NCBI GenBank assembly: GCA_003345545.1
Contig: PRDH01000039.1
Coordinates: forward strand, 89,881-153,880
Length of the DNA: 64,000 nucleotides
DNA from: Candidatus Thorarchaeota archaeon
GTDB lineage: Archaea; Asgardarchaeota; Thorarchaeia; Thorarchaeales; Thorarchaeaceae
Direction of reading: 5' to 3'
The position numbers and the translations under genes were made by a program. Under the pieces are notes generated by a model. It was not told the origin of the DNA and searched no databases. It saw only the letters and a program-made list of their open reading frames with translations. Positions 8,003-18,201 of this stretch are shown piece by piece. Position 1 is the stretch's first letter; each line of letters begins with the position of its first letter.

Positions 8003-9172
8003 CTAATTCTCCTCAAGTTGCTCTGACAGGAGCTCCATGATATCTAGGACTCTCACTCTACTGCTGATACTCTCTGCGCCTTCTTTCAGATTACGCACGC
8101 AGAATGGGCAAGCTGTTGCTAGAATATCCGCCCTGACCCCCTCTGCAGTCTTCACTCTGTCAGCAGCAATCCTTCTGGCAAGGGACACATCAAATGAACG
8201 CAGACCTCCTCCAGCCCCACAGCACATTGCTGCTTCCCTATTGGGGGTCATCTCAACAAGCTCTACACTGGGGATTGCCTTTATGATTTCTCTGGGCTCT
8301 TCGTAGACTCCTAGCGCTCTCCCCAGATGGCAGGGGTCATGCCATGTGACTCTCCTTTGCCTGTCACCACCCCTCAGTATCAGTTTTCCACCTTTGATAG
8401 CAGACTCGAGGAATTCAACCACGTGCACCACTTTCGGCATATCTAGACCAAAGTACTCTGAATAATCCTCGCGGAGTGTCTTTAGGCATCCCGCACATGC
8501 AACGATGACTGTTTTTGCACCGGACTCTTTGATACTCTGCATCACTCTCTCCGCATTCTCTCTTGCACTGTCAATGCGTCCTGTCCTTATCATGACACTT
8601 CCGCAACATGGCTCATCTTCCAGAACTGCAAAATCGTACCCAGCAGCTCTCAAGACTCGGGCTGCCGATTTTGCTGTTTCAGTCAATTTGAGACCTGCTG
8701 TACAGCCTGCAAAATACAGTACGTCACCTGTGCTCGGAATGTCAAATCCTATCTCAGCCACCCAATCTCTACGTGTCTTATTCGTCTCGGTGTACGGATT
8801 ATTGTATCTCAGAATCTTATCCGCTATCGCATCACGTGACTCGTTCGGTATCTCATTGAGCACATCCCGCACGCTTTCCAAACACTTCGCAGGATCGAAC
8901 TCAGCGGCGCAAATGGCAGTGCAATTGCCACAGAGTGTACATGTGTAGAGCGCTTCTGCATTCTCCGCGGTCTTCATAAGTCTTCCTTCGAGCAGAGCAA
9001 TGGCTACCTGAATTCTGCCCCGCATGAAGCTAGTTTCAAAACCAGAGGAGTTCTTCCAGACGGGACATACTCCATCAAAACCTCTGTCTTCATAGACTGC
9101 ATTTCGACACATGCCGCATCTGCGACATTGTGCCAAGTTCTCCATCAATTCATCAATGCGAGCACCAGTCAT
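8003..9172 (-). CDS. Fe-S oxidoreductase, GlcF/HdrD-like (2x 4Fe-4S + 2 CCG domains)
   Basis: CRRCGMC, CTLCGNC...C, PCCG, HDPCHLGR, MCCGAGGG and ACPFC. Confidence 0.9.
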   Translation of the reverse strand: MTGARIDELMENLAQCRRCGMCRNAVYEDRGFDGVCPVWKNSSGFETSFMRGRIQVAIALLEGRLMKTAENAEALYTCTLCGNCTAICAAEFDPAKCLESVRDVLNEIPNESRDAIADKILRYNNPYTETNKTRRDWVAEIGFDIPSTGDVLYFAGCTAGLKLTETAKSAARVLRAAGYDFAVLEDEPCCGSVMIRTGRIDSARENAERVMQSIKESGAKTVIVACAGCLKTLREDYSEYFGLDMPKVVHVVEFLESAIKGGKLILRGGDRQRRVTWHDPCHLGRALGVYEEPREIIKAIPSVELVEMTPNREAAMCCGAGGGLRSFDVSLARRIAADRVKTAEGVRADILATACPFCVRNLKEGAESISSRVRVLDIMELLSEQLEEN

Positions 9173-9230
9173 TGTCAGAGTCCCCCTAATGTCCGTGGCG
9201 GCCTGATTCCATCGGGATCACCAGACCTTT

Positions 9231-10658
9231 TCATTGCTCTTCACTTACATGTTCAATCCCTGGAATGACGCCAGGATTCATGATATTGTTGGGATCGACT
9301 GCTTCTTTTATGTCGCGAAGGAACTCCAAGTAGGTTTGCATCTCTGTTATCCCATCCACCCAATATGGTGCAAGTTTGAATGGAACCGCACCTGTCTTGA
9401 AGAGGCGTTTTGAGAGCTCCTTGTGAGCTGCACGTGCTTTGATTTCTTCATCTTTATCTTGCGGGTCATAGAATATCTGAGGATAGTAGTTGTATGATCC
9501 ATGCCCAGACTGAAATCCGGCAGTGTGACCAGCAATGCCGTACTCGTCAAAGAGAGGCCACATCTCTTCTATAGTACGATGCCACTGCGACTGAGGTTGG
9601 TGATGGTACAGGATTCGCCAGTGCCAACCGTGGACATAGGATGACCTTGCAAGCTCTCGCATGCGATCATTCCATTCCCCCCGCGGGAGTTCACGAATGC
9701 CAATGACCTGTCCCCCGACTCTTTCGCAGGCCTCTCTGGCAGCTATGACGTCGTTCTCCAACTGATTCTCTCTTACTCTTCCTATCACCATAGATATGGT
9801 GACGGGTGGCCATTCGTGCTTTGGGACTCCATACTCCTCTCCTACCATTTCCAGAAAGAAATCCAGAATTCTACCCTCATATATCGCAATCCAGACCGTG
9901 CTCAAGTCATCCTGTTTCACCTCAAACACGAATCTCTCAGCGTCTTGGGCGCTTTGAAAGCCATATGTGTTGTAATCGAAGTAGTGCATTCTCTTGAAGG
10001 TCTTCAGAGATACTTTCGTGATGATTCCAAAAGCTCCTAGTGAACCGATGAACAGTCCTGTCAGATCAGGGCCGAAGGCATAACGGAGGAATGGCCCTGG
10101 AGCATTGGGGTTGGCCTCAGAACCCGTTTGTATGATTTCGCCATTAGGCAGGACCACCTCAAGACCCAGAACAAGCTCAGCAATGCATCCGAATCTGCTT
10201 GAACCAAAACCTGCTCCGTTGACTGCCACATTTCCAGCAATTGTAGCACTCAAGGAGGAACCGGGATAGATAGGTAGCCATAGGTCATACTTATTGAGGA
10301 ACTTGTCTAGCCTTCCAAAGTTGATGCCAGCGCCAACTTTCACAGAACGCAAGTCTTCATAAATGTGGATATCGTCTAGCCTCAAAAGGTCAACAACGAG
10401 TCCCCCCTTCTTGGGAATGACCTCTCCCTGCAAGCTGGATCCTCCTGCGCGAGGGGTCACAGGTATCCTGTGCTTATTTGCGATCTTGATGACCTGCGAC
10501 ACTTGATGTGCATCTGCTGGTCTCACTACCGCTGCTGGCAGAACTGGTTCGTAGCTGGTAGAGGCCGATACTGAGTAAGTCAGTAGTACATCCTTCTTCG
10601 TGCTGACGAATTCCTCACCTACGATGGCGACAAGCTTCTGCACAACTTCTTTTTTCAA
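9231..10658 (-). CDS. FAD-binding oxidoreductase, GlcD/LDH-like
   Basis: PRAGGSSLQG, ATIAGNV, GSLGAFGIIT and DPNNIMNPG. Confidence 0.9.
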   Translation of the reverse strand: MKKEVVQKLVAIVGEEFVSTKKDVLLTYSVSASTSYEPVLPAAVVRPADAHQVSQVIKIANKHRIPVTPRAGGSSLQGEVIPKKGGLVVDLLRLDDIHIYEDLRSVKVGAGINFGRLDKFLNKYDLWLPIYPGSSLSATIAGNVAVNGAGFGSSRFGCIAELVLGLEVVLPNGEIIQTGSEANPNAPGPFLRYAFGPDLTGLFIGSLGAFGIITKVSLKTFKRMHYFDYNTYGFQSAQDAERFVFEVKQDDLSTVWIAIYEGRILDFFLEMVGEEYGVPKHEWPPVTISMVIGRVRENQLENDVIAAREACERVGGQVIGIRELPRGEWNDRMRELARSSYVHGWHWRILYHHQPQSQWHRTIEEMWPLFDEYGIAGHTAGFQSGHGSYNYYPQIFYDPQDKDEEIKARAAHKELSKRLFKTGAVPFKLAPYWVDGITEMQTYLEFLRDIKEAVDPNNIMNPGVIPGIEHVSEEQ

Positions 10659-10684
10659 TTCCCGTCCTCCCGGGAATCCGGTTC

Positions 10685-11020
10685 TCAGAAGATATGTCTA
10701 ATCTTCATGAGATCTGATGCCGAACCCTTGACCTTGAGCTTTCGCTTCAGGAGCGCTGATGCTGCGCTTGTTTCTTCTAAGAAGAGCTTCCGAATGGTAT
10801 CTTCATCGCTTTCAATCTTCATATCCGGATTATCGATACTTCCCGAGTTCACGACGATATTGTTGTCTTTAACCAGGAAGTTATACTCTTTGCCTTCCTT
10901 GAGCGTCAAGAGTGCTGTTCGTTCCCATCCATTGATGGCCTCCTTCGTCTTCTCTCGTTGGAGACCGTCTGCGACTTTTACTCGCATTAGTTCAAGCAAA
11001 TCATCTGTCATACGGATCAC
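10685..11020 (-). CDS. SCP2 sterol/lipid-binding domain protein
   Basis: PDMKIESD...SAASALLKRKLKVKGSASDLMK SCP2 signature. Confidence 0.8.
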   Translation of the reverse strand: MIRMTDDLLELMRVKVADGLQREKTKEAINGWERTALLTLKEGKEYNFLVKDNNIVVNSGSIDNPDMKIESDEDTIRKLFLEETSAASALLKRKLKVKGSASDLMKIRHIF

Positions 11021-11109
11021 TTCAGATTCATGTCGCAGTTCAGCGCAGGATTAAACTGTTTTCCTCCTTTAGGAGGGGTCTTCGACACAATGCGAGCTTT
11101 GTCGATTAG

Positions 11110-11760
11110 CTATTTCCGATGAGCTTTCACAATGTCCAGGAACTTCTGTACGTTTTCGGTTATTACTTCGTATCTGCTTTCTTTAATCGCCTTCCTGTCA
11201 GTGATTGCACTGCCCACCCCGAGCGCAAAAGCTCCTGCATCAATCATTGGGCCAGCTGTATCGAGCTCTACCCCTCCAGTTGGAACGAGAGGGATCTGGG
11301 GCAACGGTCCTCTGATGGCCTTCAGGTACTCTGCACCGCCGACATTCCCGCACGGAAAGACCTTCACAGCATCTGCTCCCATTGTATATGCTTCGTAAAT
11401 CTCAGTTGGCGTCAGTGCGCCTGGGATGACTGGCTTCGAACGCCCGATCACTGTCTCGATGAGATCCCGCGAGTAGTTTGGGCTCACGATGAAGTCACTT
11501 CCTGCCTTTATGGCCTCAATAGCCATTTTGCCATTGACCACGGTACCCGTGCCAATCAGGACTTTGTTCCCAAATTGCTCAACGAGTTGCTTTACAACAT
11601 CAATTGCTCCAGGAACACTCATGGTAACCTCAACGATATTTATGCCGCCAGCAAGAAATGCATCAGCAACTTTGAACGCGACTTCTGCAGACTCTACACG
11701 AATGATTGGAATCAATCCCGTGTCATGAATATGCTTCAACGCTTTTTTCTTGTCCCACAA
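11110..11760 (-). CDS. eda: KDPG/KHG aldolase
   Basis: IPIIR, VEVTM, GTGTV, FIVSP, PGALTPTEI, VKVFP and PTGGV. Likely TTG start at 11760 after a GAGGTGA RBS; the track's start at 11841 overlaps kdgK. Confidence 0.92.
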   Translation of the reverse strand: MWDKKKALKHIHDTGLIPIIRVESAEVAFKVADAFLAGGINIVEVTMSVPGAIDVVKQLVEQFGNKVLIGTGTVVNGKMAIEAIKAGSDFIVSPNYSRDLIETVIGRSKPVIPGALTPTEIYEAYTMGADAVKVFPCGNVGGAEYLKAIRGPLPQIPLVPTGGVELDTAGPMIDAGAFALGVGSAITDRKAIKESRYEVITENVQKFLDIVKAHRK

Positions 11761-11767
11761 TCTGCTT

Positions 11768-12763
11768 TCACCTCTGGATTCGGAGTCCTCTCTCGCCACC
11801 CTTAAGTAACTTCTCCACCTCATCCTTGTAGACAAAGGCAAGGTCTCCTGGGACTGAGTGCTTCAGTGCTGAGAATGCTGATCCGAAGTCCACTGCCTTC
11901 TGAAGGTCCTTCAACATAAGATGACCGTAGATGAATCCTGCACTGCAAGAGTCTCCGGCTCCCAATCTGTCTACTATCTCTACATCGTAGACAGGACTCT
12001 TGAAGATCTTGCCGTCTGAATATGCAAACACAGACCACCTGTTTAGCCACACCGACGGCGTTTCCCGCAGAGTAATGACTACGACCTCGAACCCGAATTT
12101 GTCCTGAAGCTTTCTTGCTACGTCTTCGTAGTCCTTGCCTTCAATTCCATAGACTACCTTCGTGTCTTCTTCTGTCGTAATCAGGATGTCGATGTTTTCA
12201 GAAACTGGTTCCGTGAATGCCTGTGCCTCTTTTGGAGTCCATAGTTTTCCTCGGTAGTTCACATCATACGAGACTTTACAGCCCTGCTTCTTGGCAGCCT
12301 TCAGTGCCTCAACTGTTGCTTCGGCGCAGCTTCTGCTCAATGCAGGTGTTATCCCACTTGTATGAAAGAGCTTTGTTCCCTTTAGGATGCTTGCCCAGTC
12401 TACCTCTCCAGGTTTGATCTTGCTGATCGCAGACTCCTTTCTGTCATAGATGACTCTATTCGCTCTCGGTGCAGCGCCGAACTCCACGTAATATACGCCA
12501 CAGCGACTTTCGGGATCCCAAACTATGTGTGAGGTGTCGACTCCGTGTTCTTGAGCCTTATTACGGATAAAGTGACCAATCGAGTTGTCCCCCAGTTTTG
12601 TCACATAAGCTGTCTTGAGACCAAGTCTGGCGCAGGCAACTGCAACATTCATCTCTGCTCCACCTGCATGAGCATCGAAGCTATGAGTCTGTTCAAAGCG
12701 CATGAAATCTGGAGGTGAAAGTCGGAGCATCACCTCGCCAAAAGTGACCACATCATAAGCCAT
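11768..12763 (-). CDS. kdgK: 2-keto-3-deoxygluconate kinase (PfkB family)
   Basis: FGEVMLRLSP, GGAEMNVA, YDR, YDVNYR and VDRLGAGDS; ATG at 12763. Confidence 0.9.
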   Translation of the reverse strand: MAYDVVTFGEVMLRLSPPDFMRFEQTHSFDAHAGGAEMNVAVACARLGLKTAYVTKLGDNSIGHFIRNKAQEHGVDTSHIVWDPESRCGVYYVEFGAAPRANRVIYDRKESAISKIKPGEVDWASILKGTKLFHTSGITPALSRSCAEATVEALKAAKKQGCKVSYDVNYRGKLWTPKEAQAFTEPVSENIDILITTEEDTKVVYGIEGKDYEDVARKLQDKFGFEVVVITLRETPSVWLNRWSVFAYSDGKIFKSPVYDVEIVDRLGAGDSCSAGFIYGHLMLKDLQKAVDFGSAFSALKHSVPGDLAFVYKDEVEKLLKGGERGLRIQR

Positions 12764-12840
12764 CTTTTCCAGCTCCAAGTTGTCAAACGTGGTCAAGATG
12801 ACGAGCCGCGTGTTAAATCTGTTGTTAAGTCTCTGGTCTG

Positions 12841-15192
12841 TCAGACACTGTGACTTGAGAACTCGGTTCTGGCAATGACTTCATCTTGCACAAATGGATC
12901 TAGTTCGATGAAGTAGGCACTATATCCAGCAACTCTCACTATCAGGTCTCGATGCTGCAGCGGATTCACCTTTGCATCCTCAAGCATTTCTCTAGATACG
13001 ACATTGAACTGGACGTGGAATCCGCCCATCCGGAAATATGCATCGACCATTCCTAGGAATTTCTCTCGTCTTGCTGTTGTGTCAAAGAAGTCAGGAGTGA
13101 ACTTCATGTTATAGAGGGTCCCATTGTAACAGAGTGAATGATCAAGACGGGCAACTGATTTCATCGCTGCTGTCGGACCGTGTGTATCACGATTCTGAGT
13201 GGGGGACACCCCATCAGATAGCATGTGGCCAGCCTTTCGTCCGTCAGGAGTCGCTCCAAGTGTTTCTCCCTGGGGTATGTACATTGATACTGAAAAGAGA
13301 GCAGCATGATACGGGCCATTTCTCGTAGTCATCCGGCTTTGAATGGATTCACAGAATGCTCTTCCTGTGTCGCGAGCTAGAAAATCTACTCTCTCGATAT
13401 CATTCCCATACTTATCTGGATCATTTTCTAGTCGCACACGCAGCTCTTCATGATTCTCAAAATTCTCTTCGATCGCACTGAGTATATCTTCCATTGTAAG
13501 TTCTTTGCGCTCGAATACGTATTTTCGAAGTATTTCTAGGGAGTCTGCTACGATTGCGACTCCGACTCCCATGATCCCGCCGCTGTTGTAGATGGTTCCG
13601 CCCTCTTGCATTGTAAGGCCTGATTCAATACAACCCTCAAGCAATGCAGAGATGAATGGCGTGGGTTTATGCTCTGCCAAGACACCCGCGGCTATTCTAT
13701 CCGCTCGGGTCAGCAATTCGATGGCGTAGTCAATCTGTTCTTCGTAAGCTCTCCAGAGTTGCTTGAAGTCCTTGAACTTGCGTGGATCCCCTGTTTCTCT
13801 TCCAGCCAATTCTCCGTTCTTTGGATTTCGTCCATTGTTCAGAGTTATCTCAAGAATCTTGGGAAGGTTGACATACCCAATGTTAGGTCGCGGATCTGTC
13901 TTTCCACCGATTATGGGCTCAACGCAACCCAGTATCGCGTAGTTATATGCTTCTGACCTATCTGTTCCTTTATCAACCATCAGCGGGATGATTATCTCAT
14001 CATTGAATAGCCCGGGCATACCAAGACCCTTTGAGATCACATCGACTACCTTGAGTTTCATGTGTTTTGGTGTCTTCTTATGCCATCTGTAAGAAACGGT
14101 TGGCTGAGTGACTCTAATATTCGCAGTGGCCTCGAGGACCAACTCAGTCAGCTCATTGCTTACGTCATTCCCTTGAGCGTCCTCGCCTCCAACGGTGAGA
14201 TTCTGAAACATGGGATGCCCTGCGAACGCTATACTGTAGTATTCATTCCGCAATTTGATTAGAGATGTGAACTTCACCCATAGCATTTCAAGAAGTTCAA
14301 GAGCATCAGCCCTGTCTATCTTCCCATTCTTGAGGTCTCCTTGCAGATACGGATGCAGATACTGGTCGAATCTACCGGTAGACATGGAGTGTCCGTTCGA
14401 CTCTGTTTGGACAAGAAGGTGAATGAACCAAAACGATTGCAGTGCTTCATGGAAGGATTCAGCAGGCAGTGCTGGGACTTTTGCGCAGATTCTTGAGATT
14501 TCTAGAAGCTCGTTTCTTCTGGCTTTGTCATTCTCCTTAGTGGCCATCACCTTGGCTATACCAGAGAATCTCTCAGCAAATCGAATGACTGCCTCTATCT
14601 GTATTCTTGCGGCTTGGTAGAACTCACGCTTGTTCTCATCGTGCTTATTCTTGTTCTCAAGAGCCCTTACTTCTGAAAGAATATGGTTCAGACCCTTATT
14701 GATCACTAGCGGATAATCAACGATGACATGCCCTATTCCAGTGCCCGGAGCTCCAATAGTGAATAGTCCTGCTTTGGATGCTCTTACCGACTCCTCTGGC
14801 AGGAGTTCTCCCGCAATCTCAGCGGTGCTCTTTCCTTTCCAGAACTCGAATACCTCACGTAGTTTTTCCTTGTCATTCTCATCAATGGAGAATCTCTCAG
14901 TTCTCCTCTTGCTGAACCTATCAAGTTCCTCGTTTATCCAGCCCCAGCTATACTCGGGAAATACTTGGCATGACCTTGGAGTTGGACCCATGTTACCGAC
15001 AATGAGTTCCTCTGGTTCAATCCTGAGAGTCATCTTATCCAGCACGTGAGCGAACGCTCCGGCAAGGCGGATAATTGTGGATTCAGACATGTGGTCCTTG
15101 ATATATTCTGTGAAAAGGACTGCTCTCTCAGAGGATATCGTTGGCTTAGATTCAAGCATCCTCTGTTTAATTCTCAAGGTTCGTGCTGTCAT
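12841..15192 (-). CDS. Glycyl radical enzyme, diol/glycerol-dehydratase-like (PFL2/GRE family)
   Basis: Single-Cys loop GCVEP, Gly loop RVAGYSAYF, ESNGHS...GRFDQY, FAGHPMFQNL and GATPDGR; ATG at 15192. Confidence 0.92.
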   Translation of the reverse strand: MTARTLRIKQRMLESKPTISSERAVLFTEYIKDHMSESTIIRLAGAFAHVLDKMTLRIEPEELIVGNMGPTPRSCQVFPEYSWGWINEELDRFSKRRTERFSIDENDKEKLREVFEFWKGKSTAEIAGELLPEESVRASKAGLFTIGAPGTGIGHVIVDYPLVINKGLNHILSEVRALENKNKHDENKREFYQAARIQIEAVIRFAERFSGIAKVMATKENDKARRNELLEISRICAKVPALPAESFHEALQSFWFIHLLVQTESNGHSMSTGRFDQYLHPYLQGDLKNGKIDRADALELLEMLWVKFTSLIKLRNEYYSIAFAGHPMFQNLTVGGEDAQGNDVSNELTELVLEATANIRVTQPTVSYRWHKKTPKHMKLKVVDVISKGLGMPGLFNDEIIIPLMVDKGTDRSEAYNYAILGCVEPIIGGKTDPRPNIGYVNLPKILEITLNNGRNPKNGELAGRETGDPRKFKDFKQLWRAYEEQIDYAIELLTRADRIAAGVLAEHKPTPFISALLEGCIESGLTMQEGGTIYNSGGIMGVGVAIVADSLEILRKYVFERKELTMEDILSAIEENFENHEELRVRLENDPDKYGNDIERVDFLARDTGRAFCESIQSRMTTRNGPYHAALFSVSMYIPQGETLGATPDGRKAGHMLSDGVSPTQNRDTHGPTAAMKSVARLDHSLCYNGTLYNMKFTPDFFDTTARREKFLGMVDAYFRMGGFHVQFNVVSREMLEDAKVNPLQHRDLIVRVAGYSAYFIELDPFVQDEVIARTEFSSHSV

Positions 15193-15228
15193 CTCAAGTC
15201 CTACTGCTCCATACATTGATTACCTTTC

Positions 15229-16407
15229 TCATACGGCATTCCGGAGCAGAGTCGGAAGGAAAGTATCGAGCCTGCTCAGGGCTTCTTCGATTCTCTCTGT
15301 CGAAACAGCGTAGCACAGTCTGAGGAATCCCTCTCCAAACTTGCCAAATGCAGATCCGTGGACTGTCACAACGCTTGTTTCCTTGAGAAGCTTGAGCACA
15401 AGGTCATAGGACTTCATACCATACGCTGACACATCTGGAAAGGCATAGAATGCGCCGCTGGGTGGATCCAATTCTACTCCTTCAATAGCACTCAATCCTT
15501 TGGTTATGATATCTCGTCGCTTCTTGAATGTCTTGAGCATATCATCCACACAACTCTGGGGTCCGATTACCGCTGCCTCCGCTGCCTTCTGCGAAACAGA
15601 TGTGGGCATCGCGACGATGTGCTCTTGAAGTTTCGTCATTGCAGCAATGACTTCCCTGGGACCAACGCATGCTCCAATGCGCCAACCCGTCATCGCATAG
15701 GTCTTGCTCAGAGAGAAGAGAGAAACAGTACGCTCCTTCATGCCCGGGAGTGAACCAATGAAGAGGGGCTTTTCTGTACCATACCGAAACTTTTCATACG
15801 CTTCATCCGCCAGGACGTAGATGTCGTGGTCTATACAGACCTCAGCAATTCTCTTCATTTCCTTGCTGGGGATTATTCCTCCAGTCGGATTGTTTGGCGA
15901 GTTGATAACAAGCATCTTGGTCTTCTCTGTGATTGCTCGTTCGAGCTCTTCTGCTGTGAAACTAAATCTGCTCTTCTTCTTCAGTTGGATTGACACAGGG
16001 ACACCCTGTGCCAACTTAATGTGTGCATAGTGGCTGACGAAACCAGGGTCTGGATAGATCACCTCGTCTCCCGGATTCACAATCACCATGTTTGCAAGCA
16101 CAAGCGCCCCCATTCCACCTGACGTGCACATGAGTTCGGTAACCGGGTCCGCGTCAATCCCGTTGTCACGCTTGATCTTCTGTGCGAAGGCCTCACGTAC
16201 TTCGATTAGTCCTGCATTGTGTGTGTATTTTGTATATCCCTCATCAATGGCCTTCTTGGCTGCTTCTTTGATGTGTTGAGGTGTGTCAAAGTCCGGAAGT
16301 CCGACAGTCATGTCAAAGACATCAGTTCTTCCAATGACCATATTGTAGATTTTTCGGATTTCGCTTCCGGGAACATATGCATTTCTATCAGCTAACACAG
16401 AAACCAC
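15229..16407 (-). CDS. PLP-dependent class I/II aminotransferase (AspAT-like)
   Basis: GLPDF, INSPNNPTG, DEAY, SLSKTYAMTGWRIG and LRLCYA. Confidence 0.92.
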   Translation of the reverse strand: MVSVLADRNAYVPGSEIRKIYNMVIGRTDVFDMTVGLPDFDTPQHIKEAAKKAIDEGYTKYTHNAGLIEVREAFAQKIKRDNGIDADPVTELMCTSGGMGALVLANMVIVNPGDEVIYPDPGFVSHYAHIKLAQGVPVSIQLKKKSRFSFTAEELERAITEKTKMLVINSPNNPTGGIIPSKEMKRIAEVCIDHDIYVLADEAYEKFRYGTEKPLFIGSLPGMKERTVSLFSLSKTYAMTGWRIGACVGPREVIAAMTKLQEHIVAMPTSVSQKAAEAAVIGPQSCVDDMLKTFKKRRDIITKGLSAIEGVELDPPSGAFYAFPDVSAYGMKSYDLVLKLLKETSVVTVHGSAFGKFGEGFLRLCYAVSTERIEEALSRLDTFLPTLLRNAV

Positions 16408-16552
16408 CTAGTTACGAATATGAGAACAGATTCCTGTTTATATAACCTCTCGAATGTACCATGTCTATTAAAGAGGACTCTAGCTATGTTCAGAGGAGTT
16501 TTAAGACGCGCAGCTGTAGGCGAAATCATGAGTGTATCTGGTGATATAGAAG

Positions 16553-17023
16553 ATGACGCGACCTAGTGCTGATGAAGTCAGAAAAGTCTGCATGGCTACT
16601 CTTGCGGATGCTCATGCTGTGTATGTGGAAGCAATACGCCAGACCATGGGCAGAAAGGGCCTCAATGCCATTGGTGAAGCGAATAGATTGCATGGACTGA
16701 CTCTCGGCAAATCAGCGATACAGTCTGGAGGACTAAGAAAGGGGGATCTGCATTCGATATTCGACTTCTTTAGTGCTGCTCATCCCTATTTCGGATTCGA
16801 GCTCGAAGTGGATTCTTTCACGGATACGAAACTCGATCTCAAGGTCACATCTTGTCCCTGGATAGATGCCTTCAGAGCTCGAGGTGCTGGTGAGGATATC
16901 TGCACATGGGTCACCCAGATTGATGAGGGAATTGGTCAGGCAGTTGACCCCACTGTCAGACTGACGATTCCCAAGTGCATGATGCGGGGCGATCACTACT
17001 GCATCTACAGTTATACAAAGTAA
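16553..17023 (+). CDS. V4R / L-2-amino-thiazoline-4-carboxylate-hydrolase-like protein
   Basis: VTSCPW...DIC...CMMRGDHYC metal-binding pattern. Confidence 0.7.
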   Translation: MTRPSADEVRKVCMATLADAHAVYVEAIRQTMGRKGLNAIGEANRLHGLTLGKSAIQSGGLRKGDLHSIFDFFSAAHPYFGFELEVDSFTDTKLDLKVTSCPWIDAFRARGAGEDICTWVTQIDEGIGQAVDPTVRLTIPKCMMRGDHYCIYSYTK

Positions 17024-17028
17024 TAGAA

Positions 17029-17706
17029 GTGGATGAATTGACGAACAAGAAGAACATCATACTGCAGAGAACCCTTAGACTGTATGTTGCTGCTCTGTCC
17101 GATGCTGCAGATGAAATTGGGTTGAATCAGGTCTGTATGGACCGCGGGATAATTCCTCTTACGGAAAACAAGAGGACGGCTGGTTTTGCTAGAACTGGAA
17201 AGATGGTGAGGTCTCCAGTCAATCGTCCGTACGACGAAGCTCAGTTGGACACATTCATGAGTCTGGTCACACGAGCAGTTGATGGAGACATCATTACTAT
17301 TGATATGTCGGGGAGCACCGATTGTTCAGCCTGGGGACAGGTTCTCAGTCGGATCGGGAAACCCTTGGGAGTCCGTGGTGCCATTATCGATGGAACCTCC
17401 AGGGATATTGATGATATTGATAGAATGAACTTCACCGTCTTTGCGCGAGGTCGTCATCCTGGGACGATGCGTGGGCGAATGGATATGGAGTCTGTGCAGG
17501 AGCCCGTTGTATGCGGAGGCGTCACCGTGCACCCTGGCGACCTAATCTTTGGAGACAGCGATGGCGTTGTGGTGATTCCTACTGACCATATCGAAGACAT
17601 TCTGGTTCATGCTGAGAATGTCGTTTCAACCGACAAATGGTGGGCAGAAAAGCTCGATGAAGGAAGGGACCCACATGAGTTGCATAAAGAAAGACCAATC
17701 CCCTAG
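17029..17706 (+). CDS. RraA/HMG aldolase family protein
   Basis: AALSDA, SAWGQV, IIDGTSRD and VHPGDLIFGDSDGVVVIP; start likely GTG 17029 or TTG 17038. Confidence 0.85.
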   Translation: MDELTNKKNIILQRTLRLYVAALSDAADEIGLNQVCMDRGIIPLTENKRTAGFARTGKMVRSPVNRPYDEAQLDTFMSLVTRAVDGDIITIDMSGSTDCSAWGQVLSRIGKPLGVRGAIIDGTSRDIDDIDRMNFTVFARGRHPGTMRGRMDMESVQEPVVCGGVTVHPGDLIFGDSDGVVVIPTDHIEDILVHAENVVSTDKWWAEKLDEGRDPHELHKERPIP

Positions 17707-17803
17707 TCTTTCTAGTCAGAAGCATAGAGACCAAACCACAAGGCTTTAAGCTCGCAGATATTGAGCTCGAGTGGCCACAAACCAAGGTGGAATAACAGGT
17801 CCA

Positions 17804-18088
17804 TTGGCGAAGAAACGTAAATCATCAGGTCGAGCAAAGGGCGGATCCGGCCACAAGGGCGCAGTCCAGTGCTCGAGATGCGGTCGTCTAGTCCCATCGG
17901 ATAAGGCGAAGAAATTCACCAAAGCTGTCAGCGCTGTTGAGCCACAGATTGCACGAGAACTTCGGCAACAGGGTTCATACATACCTGTGCACAGAGTGAC
18001 ATCATACTACTGCATCAGCTGTGCTGTGCATTCTGGTAAAATGAATATCAGAGAACATAGCGAGAGGAAGACTGTTCCAAGTCGCTGA
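17804..18088 (+). CDS. rps26e: 30S ribosomal protein eS26
   Basis: KKRKSSGRAKG, VQCSRCGRLVPSDKAKK and YCISCAVH; probable TTG start at 17804. Confidence 0.95.
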   Translation: MAKKRKSSGRAKGGSGHKGAVQCSRCGRLVPSDKAKKFTKAVSAVEPQIARELRQQGSYIPVHRVTSYYCISCAVHSGKMNIREHSERKTVPSR

Positions 18089-18201
18089 ACCGCATCACGA
18101 TGAAGATCGACTACTCCCAGATTGAGGAATTCATGTGAAGTGCCCGCATTAGGGGACCCACCGAATACTGCTGTTATTGCTAGCGCTGTATCTAGATGGA
18201 C

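Noticed and set aside
11119-11805. Long antisense ORFs such as 11119..11805, 19457..20095, 21214..21990 and 28702..29190
   Set aside because: They are shadows of well-supported genes on the opposite strand and carry no motifs.
12841-15192. Pyruvate formate-lyase (pflB) assignment
   Set aside because: It has a single-Cys GCVEP loop rather than the adjacent Cys-Cys of PFL.
18098-18165. Possible C/D box sRNA or 12-codon ORF (MKIDYSQIEEFM) after rps26e
   Set aside because: The boxes are degenerate (ATGAAGA, TTGA, CCGA) and I could not match the guides to rRNA by eye.
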